Shown: in pieces, positions 54,946-61,045 of the stretch
Position numbering within the stretch: the first letter of the stretch is position 1
Layout of the letters: each line of letters starts with the position of its first letter
DNA from: Planctomycetota bacterium
GTDB lineage: Bacteria; Planctomycetota; UBA11346
NCBI GenBank assembly: GCA_038231435.1
Contig: JBBRLJ010000032.1
Span: 1 to 61,045 of the forward strand
Direction of reading: 5' to 3'
DNA: 61,045 nucleotides
Made by a program: the position numbers and the translations under genes
Notes under the pieces: model-generated
What the model was told of the DNA's origin: nothing
Database searches by the model: none
Seen by the model: the letters and a program-made list of their open reading frames with translations, nothing else

Positions 54946-56040
54946 ATGCTCATCTCATCCATGCGCGTCTCGATCGCGATCTCCGTCATCCTCGGATTCG
55001 TGTCCTTCGTGCCGGTCATCGGAGCCGCCACCGCGTGGCCCGGAGCCGACACCACGGGACCGGTCCATCCCGAACTGCTGACGCCGTCGGGATCGCTGAC
55101 CCTGAGCGTCGCCGGGGCGGTGATCCAGGATCTCGACATCGCGGGCAAACTCACCGTCAAGGCCGACGGCATCACCATCCGCAATTGCCGGATCACGGGT
55201 GGTTCGCCCTACTGCATCACCATCGACGCGGCGGTCACGGGCCTGCTCATCGAGGACTGCGAACTCGATGGCGGCGGCGTCAGTTCGTCGGCGTTGCTCG
55301 GCGGCGGCTTCACCGCCAGGCGGTGCGACGTGCACCATACCATGGGCGACGGTTTCAAGCCGACGAGCGATCTGGTGGTCGAGGACTGCTGGATCCACCA
55401 TCTCGGCATGGGCGTCGGGTCGCATGCCGACGGCATGCAGATGGCGAAGGGCGGGCGGGTGATCTTCCGCCGCAACAACTTCGACATGCCTATCGATGTC
55501 GACGGATTCCACAGCAACTCCGCCTGCTTCATCATGACCGACACCGGGCCGATAGACGACGTGCTGATCGAAGGGAACCGTTTCGACGGCGGCAACTACA
55601 CCATCTACCTGGTCGACAAGCTGAAGGGCTTCGGTCCGCCCACCAACGTACGCGTGATCGGCAACACCTTCGGTCCGGATTACCGTTACGGAACCTCGCA
55701 TATGGACGGTACTCCGGTCTGGACCGGCAATGTCTTCGAAGCCACCGGCGCTCCGGTCTCCACGGGAACGAATTCGCCGTCGACGGGCACGACTACGTCC
55801 GGCGGCACGTCCGGCACCACCGCCACGGGCACATCGGCTTCCGGTACCGCGTCGGGAGGGAGCGCGGCCGGTACGTCCGCCTCGAGCGCCACGACGTCCG
55901 GATCCACCACCGGCGCGCCGGCGTCCACCACGGCTGCCGAGGGCGGTTCCAGCACCACGCGCTGCGGTCTCGGCAACGCACTGGCGGCATCGGCCGGGCT
56001 GGCGGCCCTGCTGGCACGAGGTCGGCGCGAGCGACGGTAG
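54946..56040 (+). CDS. Secreted right-handed beta-helix protein with Ser/Thr/Gly linker and Cys-Gly sorting-like tail
   Basis: Signal peptide; WPGADTTG, ITIRNCRI, VEDCWIH, SHADGMQ; tail RCGLGNALAASAGLAALLARGRRERR. Confidence 0.85.
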   Translation: MLISSMRVSIAISVILGFVSFVPVIGAATAWPGADTTGPVHPELLTPSGSLTLSVAGAVIQDLDIAGKLTVKADGITIRNCRITGGSPYCITIDAAVTGLLIEDCELDGGGVSSSALLGGGFTARRCDVHHTMGDGFKPTSDLVVEDCWIHHLGMGVGSHADGMQMAKGGRVIFRRNNFDMPIDVDGFHSNSACFIMTDTGPIDDVLIEGNRFDGGNYTIYLVDKLKGFGPPTNVRVIGNTFGPDYRYGTSHMDGTPVWTGNVFEATGAPVSTGTNSPSTGTTTSGGTSGTTATGTSASGTASGGSAAGTSASSATTSGSTTGAPASTTAAEGGSSTTRCGLGNALAASAGLAALLARGRRERR

Positions 56041-56065
56041 TGGACTGGATATCAATCCGGTCGGG

Positions 56066-56893
56066 TCAGGCGCGCGCGGCCATCGCGCGCTCCCGGCCGC
56101 GCAGCGTCAACCAGGCGCTGGCGCATGCCAGCGCCCCGAAGGCGGCCGTGCAGATGACCACGTGCGCGCCAGATGCTCCGTGCGTGGACATGCCGATCCA
56201 GCCATGACCGACCTCGATCGTCGCGGCGCCGGAAAGTCCGAGCGAAGCCAGGTAGGCGACCGACGCCGCCGCGACCGCGGCGGCCACACGCAGCCGCCGG
56301 CCCCGCACCGTCCACTGCTCGGGAGATGCCAACAGCGCCGGCCCGACCGTGATGCCGAGCGACACGATCAGCAGCGAGGCGAGGGTGGTGAGCACGACCG
56401 AGATGAGCGAGTACGAAGCGGGGCCATTGCAGGCGAGGGCCCCTCCCATCAGCATCGTGACCAGCAGCGCCGGCCACATGCCGATCATCACCACGTGCAG
56501 CGGATGGATCATGCGTCGCGCGGCCGCCGCGGTCGCAACCGCGATCGCGCCCACGTCGGACCAGCTGATCAGGTTGGCGAGCGTATCGGCATCGTGGCCG
56601 CGCAGGCAGATCTGGGCCATCAGACCCACCACCAGGTAGGCGAAGAGGTACACGGTCGGGCGCCATGGAGCGGTGGTCTGCCACCAGGGGCGCTCTGCGG
56701 CGATCCGTCGCGCCAGCAGCGCGGGTTCGCCGAACTCTCGCGCGAGCGTGTCGGCATCGCGACGAGCGGTTTCATCGAGGGTCTCGAGGTGCCCGCGCAG
56801 CTCCTCGAGCACGTCGCGGCGAGCGCGCCGCCTGAGCCACAGGGCTTCGTCGACCCGCGCCAGGTAGGTATCGATCGGTGCGGGCGGGCTCAT
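56066..56893 (-). CDS. Membrane protein with N-terminal HAAS (DUF1700-like) domain
   Basis: IDTYLARV...RRDVLEELRGHLE...EFGEPALLARRI followed by several TM helices; ATGA overlap with PadR. Confidence 0.82.
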   Translation of the reverse strand: MSPPAPIDTYLARVDEALWLRRRARRDVLEELRGHLETLDETARRDADTLAREFGEPALLARRIAAERPWWQTTAPWRPTVYLFAYLVVGLMAQICLRGHDADTLANLISWSDVGAIAVATAAAARRMIHPLHVVMIGMWPALLVTMLMGGALACNGPASYSLISVVLTTLASLLIVSLGITVGPALLASPEQWTVRGRRLRVAAAVAAASVAYLASLGLSGAATIEVGHGWIGMSTHGASGAHVVICTAAFGALACASAWLTLRGRERAMAARA

Positions 56894-57219
56894 ACCGCGC
56901 CTCCGAGCATGAGCTGCAATGCCGATGCCAGATCGAGGCAGTTGCGCTTGCCCTTCGCCAGCTCGGCTGAGCCCTTGGCGGTCAGCGTGTATTCGCGCAT
57001 GCGCCGGGTGCCATCGCTGGCGCGCCATGCCGATCGCAGCAGCCCCTGGCGCTCGAGCCGGTAGAGGAGCGGATACAGGGTGCCTTGGGGCATGGCGAGA
57101 GCCTCGCCGCTGCGCGCGGCGATGTCGGCGAGGATCTCGGGGCCCGAGCGCGCCTTGGCGACGACTGCCTGGAGCACCAGCACGGGCGATACGCCCTTCA
57201 TCAATTGGGAATCGGTCAT
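56890..57219 (-). CDS. PadR family transcriptional regulator
   Basis: LMKG..VLVL, GTLYPLLYRLERQGLL, REYTLTAKG. Confidence 0.92.
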   Translation of the reverse strand: MTDSQLMKGVSPVLVLQAVVAKARSGPEILADIAARSGEALAMPQGTLYPLLYRLERQGLLRSAWRASDGTRRMREYTLTAKGSAELAKGKRNCLDLASALQLMLGGAV

Positions 57220-57238
57220 GTCCCGGAGCATGATGACT

Positions 57239-57257
57239 TGTCTTGCAATGCAAGACA
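57239..57257. promoter_or_regulatory. Probable PadR autoregulatory operator
   Basis: TGTCTTGCA-A-TGCAAGACA perfect 9-bp arms 20 bp upstream of the PadR start. Confidence 0.75.
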
Positions 57258-57408
57258 GAATCGGGCGACCGTGCTCCGCGCGGTCCATCCCCTGCGACGG
57301 ATCGTCACGCCCGATCCGTCGCGCGCCGCGCGGACTGTCGACCGCTGGATCACCGTCGCGCCCTTGTCCTGGGTCCGTCCGTCCATCGAATGTCCGCCCG
57401 GAGATTCC

Positions 57409-60400
57409 ATGGACACCGTCCGCAGCCTGGGCCTCGACGCGGATGGCCGCAATCTCATCCATGACCGGCGCAATCTCGTCCGCTACATCAACCTGAAGTT
57501 GGCCGCGCTCGGCCACGAGCTGCCGACCGATGCGTCGAACCGCGACTTCCTGGCGGTCGCGCACGATCTGCTCGCCAACCATCGCGAGCAGTCCCGCCTG
57601 CTTTCCGGGCACCTGTGCCCGGCCGATCAGCGCATCCAGGATTTCCTCGACCGCCATCTCGCGGGCGAGCCGCTGGTGGGCCCGGTACGCCTGCCCGCGT
57701 CGACTTTCGTCCTCGACCGCCATGGCCTCGCGCGCGAATTGTCGCTGCCGGTCGGCGGCGACGATCTGAGTTCGCCCGCGCTCACCTCGTACCGCATCCA
57801 CCAGGGCATCCTGCACAATCCGCGCAACGACCGCCGCACCACCAAAGGCGTGTTCCATGTCGCGGAAGGGGGCTTGCCGATCCCCGCCGACAAGCTCGCG
57901 GTGCCGCGCAAGGTGTTCGGCAACCTGATGCACCACGCCATGCGGCCGCCGGCCGAGCATCTGCGCCTGCCGTTCACCGCCGGTACCGCCGGCACCACTG
58001 CCACCGCTGGCGGGGGCGAGCCGGTCGAGCTGTTCGTGTCGCTGCTGCTGCGACCACTGGTGCGCCCCGAGATCCCCGGGATTTCGCCGGCGAAGACCAT
58101 GGAGGTACGACTGTTCGCTCCCGGCTCGCTGGTCAGCAACCTGGACTTCGTCGAATCGATCTTCGGCAATGCCGGCGATCCGTCGCTGCCCGAGAACGAC
58201 GCCGCCCTCGATGCCGGGGAATGGACCGGCCACACCGGCTGCGTGATCCTGGCGCCGCATCTCGTGACCCTGACCAAGCGCGAGCTCGGGCTGCCCCACG
58301 TCGATCAGGCGAACGAGCGCCAGCGCAAGGATGGCATGTGCTGGTCGAAGCCAGATGAGCCGTACAATGGTGGCTCTCCCTTCAAGATCGCCTGCCGCAC
58401 CACCGACGGCGTCATGGTCACCATCCTCGCCGACAATTATTACGGCTACTGCAAGAAGGAGGTGAAGACCCAGATCTCGTTCTCGGCGAACCTGTCGGGC
58501 GGCTGCGAGGAGGAGCACGCTGGCGGCGCCATCGCCTTCGCGTCGTTCAATCTCGGCGAGGAGTTCCACGGCGACAACAACACCGTGCTCGGCCGCGGCC
58601 ATTCCTTCGCCGAGGCGTGCTCACGTTATGCCGGCAAGCTCTTCGATCTCATGCCCGACGGCCACGGCGTGGATCGGGCGTATCCGGACGTGCTCTACAT
58701 GCCGGAATCGGTGCGCATCGAGCTCGCCAAGAGCCGCGTGACCTGGACCCACGGCGGCGTCGAGCGATCGCTGGCGCTGCGCCCGGCGACCACCTTCGTG
58801 CATCCGTCGGGCTACAAGGTCAGGCTCGAAAAGCATCCCGGCGCGCCGACGTGGCGCCTGGTGGGAACGGTCGCCGAAGGCGTCTACTGCCACAAGCCCT
58901 GCACGGTCTCGGGCGGCGGCAAGTCCGAGATCTCGAAGTCGATCAACGATGCGATGCTCTACGGACCGATCTTCATCAGTGACGTCGAGCGCGATCTCAA
59001 GGCGGTCGCGGAGATATTCGAGCACGATTACTCGACGCGCTTCCTGCCGCATGTCCGGCCGGATTACGTGAAGCGGGCGAGCCGCTCGGTGCTCGATCCG
59101 CAGCGCTCGCTCGGATCGCTGATCAAGCTGCTCACGCCGTCGACGACCGAGTTCACGCCAGAATACAACCGCTGGCTCGGATCGATCGCGCCGGACATCC
59201 GCGCGCTCGCCTTCATCATCAAGCGCTTCTACCGCCCGGAGTGGGGCGAGGACTGGCGCAAGCATTTCAGCGTGGACATCGTCAACGGCCAGTCTGGGCA
59301 CGAGTTCAAGTACCGCGGCCGCAAGCTCGTCGGTTCATACCTGCGCGTCGGCCAGCTCGAAGGCTCGTGGCGCACTTTCAAGCTACGCCAGGATTTCATC
59401 GCGGCGATGAAAGTCCCGGCCGAGGACGACATCAGCGTCTCGGCGGTGGTGCGCTCCGACCTGCTGCCAGGGCTCAACCGCGAGCACTGCGGCGACAGCG
59501 TGAAGATCGTCGCCAACTGCGAGTACCGCTTCTTCCAGCGTCCCGACGACGCGATCCACCGTGGCTACGACAAGCAGGCAGAGGCCGACATGGCCGGAGC
59601 CGGACTGTTCGCCTCCAACTACCGGCCGCTCAACCTGGACGACACACGCGAGATCGTCGAGGACGCCATCGGCTTCTCGCAGTACAGCGAGCCCATGCGC
59701 GCCCGCCTGTCCGCCGCTCTCGCCGACAAGGCGCCCTACGTGCTGTCGTCGGCGCATCCGCGCATCGTCGATGGCAAGATCACCAAGAATCCGCGCTACT
59801 TGCAGGTGCGCCCCGATCTGGTGAACCACCGCGAGAAGTATCTCGCCGTGGTCGGTGCGCGGCTCTTCAGGCGGCTGCCGATGGAAGTGCCGGTGGTGTT
59901 CCCGGTGCACGCGGTGCTGCCCGGGCGCCGCAACAACCCGCCCGAGCCCGAGCAGAACATCCGCGAGCTGGCGGTGTATGGCCCGCTGCATTACCAGGAG
60001 CTGCCCGAGCTGTTCGTCGATCTGATCGCCAGCCTGTCCGGGAAATCCCCATCGACGACCGGCTGGGGATCCGAGGGCGCACTGACCAAGGGGCCCTTCA
60101 ACGCGGTACGCGCCACCGCCGATCTCAACAACGCCATCGTCTCGGCCATCCTCACCGGCGGCTGGGGCTTCACCACTCCGGCTGGGCACATCGGGCCGCA
60201 GGTGCAGATCGACCACGACATCAGCCTGCTGGTGCCCGAAATGTGGTGCCGCATGACCATGGCCGAGCGCGACCCGGCATACCTCATGCGCGAGGGACAT
60301 CTCGAGCGCATCGAGGATTTCGATCACGGCGGTCGGCGCGTGCTCGCCAGCCGACTCGGCTGGAGGGTGACCTCGAAGTTCGTCCACACCTTCCTCGGCC

Positions 60401-60933
60401 GCATCTTCGACACGCCCGCGGTGGTGTTCTCCGAGCAGCTGCTGCGCCCCGAGACGCAGGACCGCGAGGCCTTCGCCGCGGGTATGGAGCTGATCGTCGA
60501 GTCGCAGCGCCAGGCGGCGCAAGCGTACCTCGACGACGGCAGCATCGAGGAGGCATGCCCGCCGCTGGCCGCCATCCTGCAGGTGATGGCGCGTGGCGAC
60601 TGGCAGGGACGCGGCCTCGATCATCCGGAACTGCGCAAGCTCTTCAGCCGCGATCAGCTTCTCGCCAGCACGTGGTACCGGCATCGCCTGCAGGTGCAGC
60701 AGGGCCGAGAGTCCGCGCTCTGGCGGCGCCACGTCGCCGATCTCGAGGCGTTCATGGCGCGGCCGAGCCACGCCGACGAGGCGACGCGACTCGACCTGGT
60801 CGCGCGCCTCGCCAGCGCGAAGGAGATGCTGGCGACGGTAGCGGCGCCCGAGTACGCAGCGCGGCTCGAGGGCACGATCGGCGCCGATCCGATGGGACAG
60901 GCTCAGGTCCAGACGGCAGCGCGCGCGCGCTGA
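57409..60933 (+). CDS. PPi-dependent phosphoenolpyruvate carboxykinase (PPi-PEPCK, EC 4.1.1.38)
   Basis: 1174 aa; GGAG RBS; HNPRNDRRTTKGVFH, ADNYYGYCKKEVKTQIS, EEEHAGGA, CHKPCTVSGGGKSEISK, KSPSTTG.GSEGALTKGPFN. Confidence 0.85.
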   Translation: MDTVRSLGLDADGRNLIHDRRNLVRYINLKLAALGHELPTDASNRDFLAVAHDLLANHREQSRLLSGHLCPADQRIQDFLDRHLAGEPLVGPVRLPASTFVLDRHGLARELSLPVGGDDLSSPALTSYRIHQGILHNPRNDRRTTKGVFHVAEGGLPIPADKLAVPRKVFGNLMHHAMRPPAEHLRLPFTAGTAGTTATAGGGEPVELFVSLLLRPLVRPEIPGISPAKTMEVRLFAPGSLVSNLDFVESIFGNAGDPSLPENDAALDAGEWTGHTGCVILAPHLVTLTKRELGLPHVDQANERQRKDGMCWSKPDEPYNGGSPFKIACRTTDGVMVTILADNYYGYCKKEVKTQISFSANLSGGCEEEHAGGAIAFASFNLGEEFHGDNNTVLGRGHSFAEACSRYAGKLFDLMPDGHGVDRAYPDVLYMPESVRIELAKSRVTWTHGGVERSLALRPATTFVHPSGYKVRLEKHPGAPTWRLVGTVAEGVYCHKPCTVSGGGKSEISKSINDAMLYGPIFISDVERDLKAVAEIFEHDYSTRFLPHVRPDYVKRASRSVLDPQRSLGSLIKLLTPSTTEFTPEYNRWLGSIAPDIRALAFIIKRFYRPEWGEDWRKHFSVDIVNGQSGHEFKYRGRKLVGSYLRVGQLEGSWRTFKLRQDFIAAMKVPAEDDISVSAVVRSDLLPGLNREHCGDSVKIVANCEYRFFQRPDDAIHRGYDKQAEADMAGAGLFASNYRPLNLDDTREIVEDAIGFSQYSEPMRARLSAALADKAPYVLSSAHPRIVDGKITKNPRYLQVRPDLVNHREKYLAVVGARLFRRLPMEVPVVFPVHAVLPGRRNNPPEPEQNIRELAVYGPLHYQELPELFVDLIASLSGKSPSTTGWGSEGALTKGPFNAVRATADLNNAIVSAILTGGWGFTTPAGHIGPQVQIDHDISLLVPEMWCRMTMAERDPAYLMREGHLERIEDFDHGGRRVLASRLGWRVTSKFVHTFLGRIFDTPAVVFSEQLLRPETQDREAFAAGMELIVESQRQAAQAYLDDGSIEEACPPLAAILQVMARGDWQGRGLDHPELRKLFSRDQLLASTWYRHRLQVQQGRESALWRRHVADLEAFMARPSHADEATRLDLVARLASAKEMLATVAAPEYAARLEGTIGADPMGQAQVQTAARAR

Positions 60934-61045
60934 CGGCCCGATCCCAGGCGCGCGGGCCCGGGGGCAACGCCCCCGAAGCTCAACCTCCCGAGCGGCGCAA
61001 GCCGCGAGCGTCCGCCGAGCGCCGGTTTGCGTGAATAATGGGCCC

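Noticed and set aside
1210..61034. Many long alternative-frame ORFs (e.g. 1210-2391+, 7615-9540-, 13037-15265+, 42981-44705+, 52019-53713-, 59241-61034+)
   Set aside because: Arg/Ala/Pro-rich shadow ORFs overlapping motif-bearing genes; expected in high-GC DNA.

Overview
A very GC-rich (about 70% by eye), gene-dense bacterial window with about 47 credible CDSs. I found no rRNA, tRNA, CRISPR array or intact transposase. The gene content (ECF/FecR pair, large Ser/Thr kinase, three PhyH dioxygenases, BNR protein, PPi-type PEPCK) suggests a Planctomycetota/PVC organism, but this is inference. Main content: several AraC/IclR-controlled catabolic mini-operons; large secreted proteins (RCC1-cadherin, beta-helix-LamG, propeller, GH16); a TonB receptor-YfiR-histidine kinase-response regulator operon headed by an orphan Phd/YefM antitoxin; a PadR-HAAS pair; and a PPi-dependent PEP carboxykinase. 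Highlights: (1) a ThiF + FeeM-type N-acyltransferase + nitroreductase-fold operon resembling acyl-oxazolone pathways, but in split three-gene form; (2) three unrelated secreted proteins sharing a C-terminal Cys-Gly-x-Gly/hydrophobic/basic tail, a candidate protein-sorting signal; (3) an anti-sigma gene frameshifted at a G10 tract; (4) a 35/36-bp copy of a phyH-internal segment sitting at the apparently lost 5' end of an ankyrin gene, next to REP-like motifs; (5) a heptamer-array-flanked hairpin and several clean operator palindromes. Starts were re-picked by eye from RBS/overlap logic and family calls come from motif recognition, not database searches.
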